This document shows, piece by piece, positions 35,731 through 44,131 of a stretch of DNA of 44,131 bases. Each line of letters begins with the position of its first letter. Within the stretch, counting starts at the first letter, position 1. The DNA comes from Clostridia bacterium (GTDB lineage Bacteria > Bacillota > Clostridia > Christensenellales > CAG-1252). The position numbers were made by a program, and so were the translations under genes. The stretch is from positions 1 through 44,131 of the forward strand of contig JAGAAA010000077.1 in NCBI GenBank assembly GCA_017615495.1, given 5' to 3'. The notes beneath the pieces were generated by a model. The model was not told the origin of the DNA, did not search any database, and saw only the letters and a program-made list of their open reading frames with translations.

Positions 35731-36677
35731 ATGATACCTCTCTCACCGCAAAGTTTTGCGATCCTATCCACCATAATGACCAAGATGAAGGATACGACCG
35801 ATTTGAACAAACCGATCGCGGCGCCTTCACCCGGCCGCTGACCCGACCCCAGCGTGTACCGGTATATGTAGGTATCTAGGATATCCGCCACTTCGTAAAC
35901 GCCCGGGTTGTACATATTGATGATTTGGTCAAAGCCCGCCGACAAAATGCCGCCGACGGAAAGGATCAAAAGAAGGATCGCGGTGGGTTTGATGGCGGGG
36001 AGCGTAATGTTCCAGATCTTTTGCAAACGCGTTGCCCCGTCGATATCCGCCGCTTCGTAAAGTTCGGGCGAAATGCCCGCCATCGTTGCGAGGTAAATGA
36101 TACTGCTCCACCCCGCTTCTTTCCAAACGTCCGAAGCGAAGATCAAGCCCAAGAAGAATTTTTTGTCGTATATTATCGTCATTGAGTCGTGCCCGTTTAA
36201 GGTAAGAGCCTTGTTGATAATACCGCTGATACCGAAGATGTTGAACACCAAGCCCGCCACGATGACCCACGAAAGGAAGTGCGGGAAGGTTACGATGGTT
36301 TGGAAGGTCTTCTTAAACAGACGCAAGCGCACTTCGTTGATAAGAAGCGCCATCACGATCGCCGCGACAAAGCTGATCAACAGTTTGGAAACGCCGATGA
36401 TGATCGTATTGCGCAAAACCGTCCAGAAATAGGGGTCCTTAAATATCTTTTGGAAGTTTCCGAGACCGTTTTCGCCCGCCCAAGCGCTGCCGACGATGCC
36501 TTTTTTAGGATAGAAATCTTTGAAGGCGATCAAAATGCCGTACATCGGAAGATAACAAAACACGACGTAAAAGATGATCGCGGGAATGATCATCAGGAGC
36601 AGGTACTTTGATTTGTTGGTCCTGTTCCCGAGATCGTTCAAGGGACTGTTACTTTTTATTATCAATTTCCTATTCAT
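35727..36677 (-). CDS. carbohydrate ABC transporter permease (LplB-like)
   Basis: MalF-like protein with EAA loop YEAADIDGATRLQKIWNITLPAIKP. 4-nt overlap with the next permease. Confidence 0.85.
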   Translation of the reverse strand: MNRKLIIKSNSPLNDLGNRTNKSKYLLLMIIPAIIFYVVFCYLPMYGILIAFKDFYPKKGIVGSAWAGENGLGNFQKIFKDPYFWTVLRNTIIIGVSKLLISFVAAIVMALLINEVRLRLFKKTFQTIVTFPHFLSWVIVAGLVFNIFGISGIINKALTLNGHDSMTIIYDKKFFLGLIFASDVWKEAGWSSIIYLATMAGISPELYEAADIDGATRLQKIWNITLPAIKPTAILLLILSVGGILSAGFDQIINMYNPGVYEVADILDTYIYRYTLGSGQRPGEGAAIGLFKSVVSFILVIMVDRIAKLCGERGII

Positions 36678-36754
36678 CTCTCAAACCAAACCGTTCTGTC
36701 GAACTCTCCTATCAGCGTTATTGGCGAAGCGCCACCGGAAACGATCAAGCAAAT

Positions 36755-37732
36755 TTATCTTTTGTATTTTACAATATAATCTACTATTTTGTCAATAGTG
36801 GTAAACGCGAGCCCGACCACCGTATCGGCGGCGCCGTAGTAGATGGCGATGCGCCCCGTCGCCGCGTCCGCAAGAGCGCAACACGGGAACGTTACGTTGG
36901 GCACGAAACCGATGGTTTCGTAATCGGTCTCGGGGGTCAAAACAAAGTTTCCGCAACGATATTTGACCTTGCGGGGGTCGTCCTTGTCCAGGATCGCCGC
37001 GCCCATGCTGTACACGTAACCGTTGCAGGTAAGCGCCGCGCCGTGGTAGAACAAAAGCCACCCTTCGGAAGTTTCGATGGGCGCGCACCCCGCCCCGATC
37101 TTGAGCCCTTGCCACCATTCATAGCCGCGCTCCATCAGCAAAGAGTGATTGCCCCAATAGACGAGGTCGGGCGATTCGGAGATATAAATATCGCCGAAAG
37201 GCGTGTGCCCGTTGTCCGACGGACGCGAAAGCAAATAGTACTTTCCGTTGATCTTTTTGGGGAAAAGCACGCCGTTGCGGTTAAACGGCAGGAACGGGCG
37301 CGAAACAAACTCAAAGTTTTCAAAGTCCGTGGTCTTGCCAAGGGCAAGCACCGGCTGCCCGTGCTGTCCGTCGCACCAGATCACGTAATAAGCGTCCTCG
37401 ATCTTTACGACGCGAGGGTCGTAAGCGTACTCAAACTTATACGCCCCGCCCTCTTTGGTGTGAAAAACGATGCGCTCCTTAGAAAACGTGAAGTTGATGC
37501 CGTCGGCGCTCTTTCCGAAATAAAGGTACGGGATGCCGTTGTTGGTCTCCGCGCGGAAAACGCCGGCAAAGCCGCCCTTAAAGGGGACGAGCGCGCTGTT
37601 GAAAACGCGCGTCACGTTTTGGATGGGGTTACGTTTGATGATGGGGTTGCCCGAGTAACGCCAGACGGGTGCGTCTGTCGTGGGCTCCTGCCAAGGGATG
37701 TTGGGGATATTTTCTCCGATGATACGTGCCAT
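36755..37732 (-). CDS. GH130-family beta-mannoside phosphorylase (copy B)
   Basis: NPIIKRNP...VFNSALVPF, YDPRVVKIEDAYY, GWLLFYHGA, MGAAILDKDDP, IYYGAADTVVGLAF. Divergent from copy A, so probably a different GH130 subfamily. Confidence 0.85.
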   Translation of the reverse strand: MARIIGENIPNIPWQEPTTDAPVWRYSGNPIIKRNPIQNVTRVFNSALVPFKGGFAGVFRAETNNGIPYLYFGKSADGINFTFSKERIVFHTKEGGAYKFEYAYDPRVVKIEDAYYVIWCDGQHGQPVLALGKTTDFENFEFVSRPFLPFNRNGVLFPKKINGKYYLLSRPSDNGHTPFGDIYISESPDLVYWGNHSLLMERGYEWWQGLKIGAGCAPIETSEGWLLFYHGAALTCNGYVYSMGAAILDKDDPRKVKYRCGNFVLTPETDYETIGFVPNVTFPCCALADAATGRIAIYYGAADTVVGLAFTTIDKIVDYIVKYKR

Positions 37733-37779
37733 AATTGTTTCCTTTTCTTTTTATTCCTGCCGCTTTACTGCGGTACAAG

Positions 37780-40700
37780 TTAAGTTAATTTGCTGAAGAC
37801 GATGTTGTCGATGTAGAAGTGTCCGTTGCCCGAAGACTCGCTGGCGTGGATGACGATGCTTCTGATCTTCGTCGCTTGGAAGTTGAAGACGATCGTCTTC
37901 ATATTTGATGCGCCGCTCGTGCTAGTCAGCGTTGCGCGGTATTCCGCCCCGCCCGCCACGTAGATGGAAGAGCCGCTTTCGGTGATGAGTTCGATGCTGT
38001 AGGAAACGGAAGAAGCCTCGGTACCGACGTTGATGGCGAAGTGATTGAACTCGCCAAGCACGCTGCCGCCCACGTTGTAGGTTACTTTTGAGGTACAACC
38101 GCCGCAGTACAGCGAAAGCGCTTTCACCCCGCTTTCCACCTTAAGAACGTTGGGGTTCTCCTCAAAGCCGGAATTCCCGTACTTATACGCCTTCCAGCCG
38201 CTTGCGGTATAGTTGGAACCGACGGTGCCGTCGTTGAAGCCGTACTCTACCCCCGTGATCCTCGTCTTACCGGTGGAAGCGGAATTGGTGGAGAACTGGA
38301 AGTTGTCGATGTAAGTATAGGCCTGCGGGCCGTTGCTGACGTTGCCCTTCACGGTAATACACATATGATCGAGCGCTTTGATCTTCTCGTAGAACTTGCT
38401 TCTGCCGACGAGGGGCGAGCTGATCGCCTGGCTGGGCTTATATTCCGTGCCGCCCATATTGATGACGAGGTTGTCGTCCTCGAAGTAGATGGTCACGTGA
38501 TACCACACGCCCGGATTGAGAGAGAGATGGTTCAAGCTGTAGTCGACGTAAGTGCCGCCGCCGTCGCTGTCTTGGAAGGTAAGGGTCGTACCCTGCCCGG
38601 TATATTCGTTCAGTTTGATGTCAAAGCTCAACGACTTATACGTTGCGGGCAAGTTGCCGAAGTGGTAACCGAAGCGATACGCCATACCGTTCAAATAAGA
38701 CTTAAACATAATTGCCGAGCCGGCGCCGTTTGCATCCGCTACCGACTTGACTTCGGTCGCCGTCGTGTTTTCCCATCCGTTGGTGTTGTAAACCTCTTTC
38801 GTCCAAGAGCCCGTGCCCGCTTCGAAGTTGTTGCCGATGCAAAGTCCGGGGAGCGAGAACGTTTTTCTCTGAACTGCGCTGGTGCCGTTGTAGAATGTCT
38901 TTGCGGAAGAATCGTAGCCTCCGATGGCGCGGAAGGAGACCTGCCCGTTTGCGGTGGCGGTATAGCCGCTGTACGCCGCGTCGGTAAAGTTGGTGCCGTC
39001 GGTGGAATACTGCGCCTTAAGTCCATCCGCGATCCAAGTGACCGCCGTGGAAGAAGAACTCAAGATGGTCAAGGAGCTCTGCTTGGTTTCATACGTGAAG
39101 GAAGAAACGTTGCTATCCTGATAGCCGCCGGAAGAAGAGCCGATCGCCTGCACGTAAACGGTGTGCGTGCCGCTCGTCGTAGAGAAGGTGACGCTACGGT
39201 CGGTCTGCGTCTTGAAGCTGCCGCTATCCACCTTTACGGCGTAGGTGGTGGCATTGGGTACCGCCGACCAGATCACGCCCTTGGTGTTGGTGGTAAGTTC
39301 GGGCGCGGAAAGCTTGAGCAAGCGGATGGTCGCGGTCTTTTCCACTGCCGAACTCGTATAGTAATAGATCTTGGAAGAATTGTTCCAACCGCCCGTTGCC
39401 TTGACTTTGACGGTGTGGGTGCCTTCGGTGGTGGGGGTATACGAAGTTTGCGTCGTTTCGCTGTAGGAACCGCCGTTCAAACTGATGTAGGTCTTGTACG
39501 AAACCGACGACCACGACGCCGTGGTGCCCACGACGGAAATGTCGGAAAGAGTCACGTTCTTGGTGGTGTACTCGATGGTCGCAGCGTCGGAAGAAAGCAC
39601 GGTGGAGCCGTTGCCCTTGGCGCGGACGTAAACCTTGTACTTGCCCTCCTGATTGGAAAGAGCCTTTTCGGTGCTCGTCTGTGTGACGTAGGAGCCGCTA
39701 CCCACCTTTACTTCATACCCGCTTGCGCCGCTGACAGCGCTCCAAGTGATCTTGGTGCCGCTGACGGAAAGCGTGGGCTTGGAAAGCTTGGAAACCGTGA
39801 CTGAGCCGGACTCCTGCAAGTAGCCTTGACCGCACGCGTAATAAATGCGCGAGGAAGATACGAAGCCCGAGTACGCCCTGACGTAAACGGTGTTGGTACC
39901 CTCTTCGGTGACGGTGTAAGAATTGCCGTAAACCGAGGTGTAATCCCCTTTGTTGACCTTGACCTTAACGTCGTAAGCTTCGGCGTTCCAAGAGAAGGTA
40001 GCCCCGCTGACTGCAAAAGAAGTCAAGGTGACCGCTTGGGTGGTAAAGGTGGTTTGCGCCGCTTCGCTTGCGGGATACTGCTGCGCGTTGGTGGAAACCG
40101 CCTTGACGTAGACGGTGTGCTCACCGGCGGACGTCGGGTACAAGACGGCGCGACCGGATTGCTGCGTCCATTCGCCGTTGTCGATCTTTACCGAATAGCC
40201 CGTCGCGTTGTCAACCACGCCGATGGTGATCTGATCGACCGTTTCGGTGAGGGTGGGCGTATCCAGTTGGATGGGTACGATGATCTCGGTGGCGTCGGTC
40301 GTCTTCGTCTCGCCCACGTAACGGATCTTGTTTTCCAAATCGGTGCCGGATTGCGCCTTGAGAGTAACGGTCGTTGTTGCTGCCGGCGCGTAAGAAGTGG
40401 CGTCCGAAGAAATTTGCGTAAAGTCCCCTTCCCCTTCTTTTATAAAGAGCAGACCCGTCGCGGTAAAGCGAGCAACGCCGCCGTCATCGGTGATGGCGCC
40501 GACGGCAACCGTCTTGACGGAATACGTGAACGTGACCGGATCGCTGTCCGGATACTGGATGGAATTGGTGCTGCACGCGCGAATGGTCAAGGTGTAATCG
40601 CCCGGAGTGCTTTCGAGGGGGGGCATCCTGTTGCTATCCACAGTCACCGCGCCACCGTTGACCTGTATCTTATAAGCGTCGGCATATTGCACCGCGCCGA

Positions 40701-43700
40701 GGTAAACGGTGGTCTCGCGCATTTCGACGGTGGGCGTAGCAAGTTTGATGGCAACGATGATCTCAATGTTTTCAACAAGAAGCTCCTCTTTGAATTCCTC
40801 GTTGAAGGTGTCGCCGAAGTACCAAACGCCGTCCACGTCGTCGTATCCGGCGGAGCACTTCAAATTGACGCTCATCGTTACGGTGGGCTGGAAGGTGGTT
40901 TCTCTGATGACCTCGTAATCGCTGTACTCGTGGTTGACCACTTCCTGCTTTTTGACGATACCGCTCTTTTGCCAGCTGATGGAGCCGTTGAGGCGCTCGG
41001 TAACGTCAACGCTCAAGTTGATGGCGCGAAGGCCGCAAACGGTAGCCGGGCTATCCGAAATATTGTTGTTGTTACCGATCGCCTTCAAAAGGAAGAGCTT
41101 GTTGTTGTCTGTCGCCTTGTTGAAAACGTACGTATGCTCACCTGCGCCAAGTTCCGTCCAATCGGAAAGGTTTTCTTCCGCGGCGGCGACGTCCGATCCG
41201 GAAGCGTCGATGGGAAGCATCTTGTATTTATAGCAAGTTGCGTTTGCGTTGATGACCCAGCTCAAAGTGTTGCCCGATTGCGTGAGTTCAGGCGCTTTCA
41301 AACTGAAGTTTTTAACGATCTGTTTGCCCTGCACGGTGGCGCCGCGGTAGATAAAGACTTCGTCCCCGCTTTGCGTCGTGACGGAACGGTACCCCGCTCT
41401 GGCTTCCACCCAAACGGTCTCTTCGTTGCCGCTTTCATTGACGTACTCGCTTTGATCGTACGGCGTCCAATCGCTGGCGCTCGGCGCGGAATCGCCGATA
41501 TACAAGTAAAGCAAGCCGGTATACGTCCAACTGATGGTTGCACCGACGTAGCTCAGGTTTTCCAACGCAACGGCGCTGACGTGATAAGTGATGGTAGCGG
41601 CATCGCTGTCGGGGTATTGCTCGCTATCCGTCTCGCTGATGGCGATGACTTCTACGTCGTAGTCGCCGATGGCGGTGCTGTACGAGTATTTTAAGGTTTT
41701 GACCACGGTTTCCGTCTCGCCGTTGACGACGATGCGGTAGCCGGTGGCGTGGGGAACCATCGCCCAAGATATCTCCACAGAATCATGGCTGATCACGGGG
41801 GTGGCAAGCTTTTCGGGCTTGACCACCTTCTTGGTTTTTTCAATGGGTTCGCCCGCGTAATAAACGCCGTTCGTTGCGTCCCAACCGCCGCTGACGCGCA
41901 CGGAAATGGTGGTCGTCGCCGTGGCGGTAAAGCTCTTTTCCGTCGTCGGGAAGAAGGCGCCGTTTACGCCGATCTTTCGTTCGGCGCTCAAGGCGACGAA
42001 ATCGTAACTTGCAACGCTTTCCGTCGCGCCTTTTTCAACGGAAATATCGGTCAAAGAAATAACTTTTACTTCAAAATCAAAGGCGTCGGACGCTTCGCTG
42101 TCGCGGTAGTTTTTGTCGTTGCCTTTTGCCATCACGCGCACGGAATACTCCCCTGCTTCGGACGGGAAGAGGTAAACGTCCGCACTAAGCGGTGTCCAGG
42201 CGCCGCCGTTGACTGAAACGCTGTAGGAAAGGAAGGGGTAGATGCTTCGCATATCCGCAACGGTGTGGGCGATCTCGTTTTCATCGTCCAAATACGCCCA
42301 GTACAAGCCGTTTTTGTCTCCGTTGAGAAGCAATGTGGGCTTCAATAGGTTTTCCACGACGATGACGTCGCCGAGGATCACGTCGTTTTCGGCATAATAA
42401 TAGGTGTTTTCGGAAAGAGAGAAGCCGGCGACCGCTTTGACCAAGAAGTTGTGCGCGCCCACTTCCTCCGGCGTAAAGCTACCCGCCGCGTTCTCAACGT
42501 ACTCGCCGCCGTTATCGCTGAGGTAAACCTTGTAAGCCTCGGCGGTCCAAGTGGCAGTATCGTCCAACACCGTGGGCTGGGACAAAGAAACATTCTTCAC
42601 CGCGTAAGTATACGCGCCGCTGAAATTGCCGTAAGCGACGACTTCACCGTTTTGCACGAGCACGGCTTTGACGCGCACGGAATAGGTGCCTTCGTAAATG
42701 GCAAAGGAAAGGATACGGTCTTCGCGGATCACTTCGTCACCACCGTTGACCGATACCGCATAGGCGTTTGCGTCGGGCACTTCCGACCAAGTGACGCCCT
42801 GCTCCGTTGGGGTGATCACCGGCGCGGAAAGCACGGCGTCCACGATGATCTTTTTGGAAACTTCCGTCGAGCCGACGTAATACTTGTCGTTCGCTTCGTC
42901 AAAGTAGCCCGTGGCGCGCACGTTGAGCACGACGTTTTTGTCGGTGACGTAACTGTTTTGATCATACGGGCGGTACTCTCCTTGCTCGTAGCCGGAAGAG
43001 CCCTTTTCATCCACGCGAACAGAGCAAACGCCGTTGGTGGACCAACTTGCCGTTTGGTTTGTTTCCCCAATGGTGACGGTGATTTGCGAAACGAACACCT
43101 TTTCCACCGTAAAGTTGTACGTGGCAACCTTGGAAACGGCGCCGTTGGCTTCGATGACGGCGCGAACGCGGACGTTGTACGAGCCGGCATCGGTGGGGAT
43201 GGCGTAGGTTTCCCCTTGCGTCCATTCTTCCGACCAATTGACGGAATATTCGATACGAGCGCGCTCGGAGTGAGTGAAGGTCAAAGCGTATTCGCCCTTT
43301 TCGATCTCGGGAGCGGCATACTCGGAGAACAGCGAAGGATCGGCGTGATACTCCGCCTTCAAATTGTCAAAATAAAGGTGCGAAACGGCGTTGTTGCCGC
43401 GGTACTCGACGATGAGTTCCAACGAGGAGAGCAAAATCCCTACGGGCAAAGTGTGCTCAAAGGTGACGAGGTCATCGCCCGCAACGCAGCTCCAATAAGC
43501 GCTTTCGCTGCCTTTGATGTAATAGACCGCGCCGGATACGTCCTTTGCGATGAACTTGACGAGGATCTCGTCCGCGCCTTGGTCGTAATTGCCAAAGTCG
43601 ATGGAGAAATAATTGGCAAGCCCGATCCTATCCCCCGCCTCGTTGAAGACCACCTTGTAGATGAGGTCTTTACCCGTGGAAAGACGCAATACGCCAGAAC

Positions 43701-44131
43701 CGTTGCGAGAGGATGCGTCAAGGGGCAAGACGGAAAGCGGATCCCATACTCCCTCTTGCGTGTGATACGTATAAGCGGTCCACTCGTTTACGGCGCTCTC
43801 TTCTTCGTACTCGCAAAGCAAGTCCGCCGCCTTTCCGAAAACGTTGCCGACAACGAAGTGTGAGGCGTGCGCGCCGGAAGACGCGCGAATGACGGCGCTC
43901 CTGCCGTTTTCAAGGAAGGAAAGCGTCAAACTGAAGTCGCTATCGGGGTCTTCGAGGGTAAGCACGGCGTCCTCCGCATACAGGCGGTAAGTGCCGTTTA
44001 CGGTAAAGTTTTCGTCCAGCTTGGTGGAATAAAGTCTAAAGGCATCGTTTTCATCCAAGAACAAAAGCAATTCATTTTGAACGCCGCCGACCTCTTCATA
44101 AGAAACGTAGGAGGTGCCAAGCGCATATAAA
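37780..44131 (-). CDS. giant repeat-rich extracellular protein (>2116 aa, N-terminus outside the window)
   Basis: The frame stays open upstream of the listed TTG at 44070 to the window edge (...LYALGTSYVSYEEVGGVQNE|LLLFLDEND). Layout: jelly-roll-like N-domain ending HLYFDNLKAEY, nine tandem bipartite repeats, then two C-terminal jelly-roll-like domains ending YTYIDNFQFS and HFYIDNIVFSKLT. Confidence 0.8.
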   Translation of the reverse strand, partial: LYALGTSYVSYEEVGGVQNELLLFLDENDAFRLYSTKLDENFTVNGTYRLYAEDAVLTLEDPDSDFSLTLSFLENGRSAVIRASSGAHASHFVVGNVFGKAADLLCEYEEESAVNEWTAYTYHTQEGVWDPLSVLPLDASSRNGSGVLRLSTGKDLIYKVVFNEAGDRIGLANYFSIDFGNYDQGADEILVKFIAKDVSGAVYYIKGSESAYWSCVAGDDLVTFEHTLPVGILLSSLELIVEYRGNNAVSHLYFDNLKAEYHADPSLFSEYAAPEIEKGEYALTFTHSERARIEYSVNWSEEWTQGETYAIPTDAGSYNVRVRAVIEANGAVSKVATYNFTVEKVFVSQITVTIGETNQTASWSTNGVCSVRVDEKGSSGYEQGEYRPYDQNSYVTDKNVVLNVRATGYFDEANDKYYVGSTEVSKKIIVDAVLSAPVITPTEQGVTWSEVPDANAYAVSVNGGDEVIREDRILSFAIYEGTYSVRVKAVLVQNGEVVAYGNFSGAYTYAVKNVSLSQPTVLDDTATWTAEAYKVYLSDNGGEYVENAAGSFTPEEVGAHNFLVKAVAGFSLSENTYYYAENDVILGDVIVVENLLKPTLLLNGDKNGLYWAYLDDENEIAHTVADMRSIYPFLSYSVSVNGGAWTPLSADVYLFPSEAGEYSVRVMAKGNDKNYRDSEASDAFDFEVKVISLTDISVEKGATESVASYDFVALSAERKIGVNGAFFPTTEKSFTATATTTISVRVSGGWDATNGVYYAGEPIEKTKKVVKPEKLATPVISHDSVEISWAMVPHATGYRIVVNGETETVVKTLKYSYSTAIGDYDVEVIAISETDSEQYPDSDAATITYHVSAVALENLSYVGATISWTYTGLLYLYIGDSAPSASDWTPYDQSEYVNESGNEETVWVEARAGYRSVTTQSGDEVFIYRGATVQGKQIVKNFSLKAPELTQSGNTLSWVINANATCYKYKMLPIDASGSDVAAAEENLSDWTELGAGEHTYVFNKATDNNKLFLLKAIGNNNNISDSPATVCGLRAINLSVDVTERLNGSISWQKSGIVKKQEVVNHEYSDYEVIRETTFQPTVTMSVNLKCSAGYDDVDGVWYFGDTFNEEFKEELLVENIEIIVAIKLATPTVEMRETTVYLGAVQYADAYKIQVNGGAVTVDSNRMPPLESTPGDYTLTIRACSTNSIQYPDSDPVTFTYSVKTVAVGAITDDGGVARFTATGLLFIKEGEGDFTQISSDATSYAPAATTTVTLKAQSGTDLENKIRYVGETKTTDATEIIVPIQLDTPTLTETVDQITIGVVDNATGYSVKIDNGEWTQQSGRAVLYPTSAGEHTVYVKAVSTNAQQYPASEAAQTTFTTQAVTLTSFAVSGATFSWNAEAYDVKVKVNKGDYTSVYGNSYTVTEEGTNTVYVRAYSGFVSSSRIYYACGQGYLQESGSVTVSKLSKPTLSVSGTKITWSAVSGASGYEVKVGSGSYVTQTSTEKALSNQEGKYKVYVRAKGNGSTVLSSDAATIEYTTKNVTLSDISVVGTTASWSSVSYKTYISLNGGSYSETTQTSYTPTTEGTHTVKVKATGGWNNSSKIYYYTSSAVEKTATIRLLKLSAPELTTNTKGVIWSAVPNATTYAVKVDSGSFKTQTDRSVTFSTTSGTHTVYVQAIGSSSGGYQDSNVSSFTYETKQSSLTILSSSSTAVTWIADGLKAQYSTDGTNFTDAAYSGYTATANGQVSFRAIGGYDSSAKTFYNGTSAVQRKTFSLPGLCIGNNFEAGTGSWTKEVYNTNGWENTTATEVKSVADANGAGSAIMFKSYLNGMAYRFGYHFGNLPATYKSLSFDIKLNEYTGQGTTLTFQDSDGGGTYVDYSLNHLSLNPGVWYHVTIYFEDDNLVINMGGTEYKPSQAISSPLVGRSKFYEKIKALDHMCITVKGNVSNGPQAYTYIDNFQFSTNSASTGKTRITGVEYGFNDGTVGSNYTASGWKAYKYGNSGFEENPNVLKVESGVKALSLYCGGCTSKVTYNVGGSVLGEFNHFAINVGTEASSVSYSIELITESGSSIYVAGGAEYRATLTSTSGASNMKTIVFNFQATKIRSIVIHASESSGNGHFYIDNIVFSKLT
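38845..43320 (-). repeat. nine tandem, divergent protein-coding repeats (156-186 aa each) inside the giant gene
   Basis: Units start at aa 251, 414, 575, 755, 924, 1110, 1269, 1429 and 1587 of the listed ORF. Each has an Fn3-like half (L-x-x-P-x-[IL]...[IV]xWxxVxxAxxYx[VI]x[VI][ND]GG) and a second Ig-like half (V[ST]L..I.V.G.T..W ... [IV]YY.G). The repeats are visible at protein level; DNA identity is low. Confidence 0.8.

Noticed and set aside
36608-37783. 391-aa plus-strand ORF
   Set aside because: - It is antisense to GH130 copy B, which is recognisable end to end.
- It also runs across an intergenic region.
38365-43863. Three plus-strand ORFs of 479, 622 and 470 aa (38365-39804, 39826-41694, 42451-43863)
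   Set aside because: - All three are codon-aligned antisense shadows of the giant repeat-protein gene.
- The sense strand has a coherent nine-fold domain repeat. The antisense translations are R/G/V/D-rich with no structure or motif.
37780-44131. Giant protein considered as an RHS/YD-repeat or polymorphic toxin, or as a cellulosomal scaffoldin
   Set aside because: - There are no YD/RHS repeats, no C-terminal toxin-like module with a cognate immunity ORF, and no cohesin, dockerin or SLH signatures in the visible part.
- The gene is followed directly by GH130 and transporter genes.

Overview
This looks like chromosomal DNA from a Gram-positive anaerobe. I infer Bacillota/Clostridia-like from gene content: NfnAB, a minimal SufC/SufBD pair, an ECF-type RibU behind an FMN riboswitch, and an LplABC-type sugar importer. 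All family calls come from motifs I recognise by eye; no database search was run.

nt 1-20.6 kb is ordinary housekeeping. It holds dCMP deaminase, a NitT/TauT-type ABC importer, pgsA-valS, an MpaA-like M14 peptidase, icd-gdhA, a tsaE-tsaB-rimI-hydrolase-murF-ddl operon, FMN riboswitch-ribU, nfnAB and sufC-sufBD.

nt 20.7-44.1 kb is one uninterrupted minus-strand gene train. It has 15 genes, gaps of at most 77 nt, and six start/stop overlaps of 4-20 nt. It reads as a glycan (probably acetylated beta-mannoside) utilisation locus. In transcription order it encodes:
- a giant (>2100 aa) repeat-rich surface protein
- a GH130 enzyme
- two permeases
- a large lipoprotein solute-binding protein
- a clan GH-A-like lipoprotein
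- an 877-aa multi-beta-sandwich lipoprotein
- a second GH130 enzyme
- an extracellular and a cytoplasmic SGNH esterase
- three uncharacterised membrane proteins
- a MalK/MsmK-type ATPase with a 272-aa C-terminal extension
- a phosphohexomutase

The least explained parts, and the best candidates for something undescribed, are the extended ATPase together with the membrane-protein trio, the giant nine-repeat protein, and a MurF whose N-terminal domain is replaced by a polytopic membrane domain.

I saw no tRNA/rRNA genes, CRISPR arrays, transposases, integrases or obvious defence or toxin genes. Many long ORFs in the supplied track are codon-aligned antisense shadows of real genes and are rejected.
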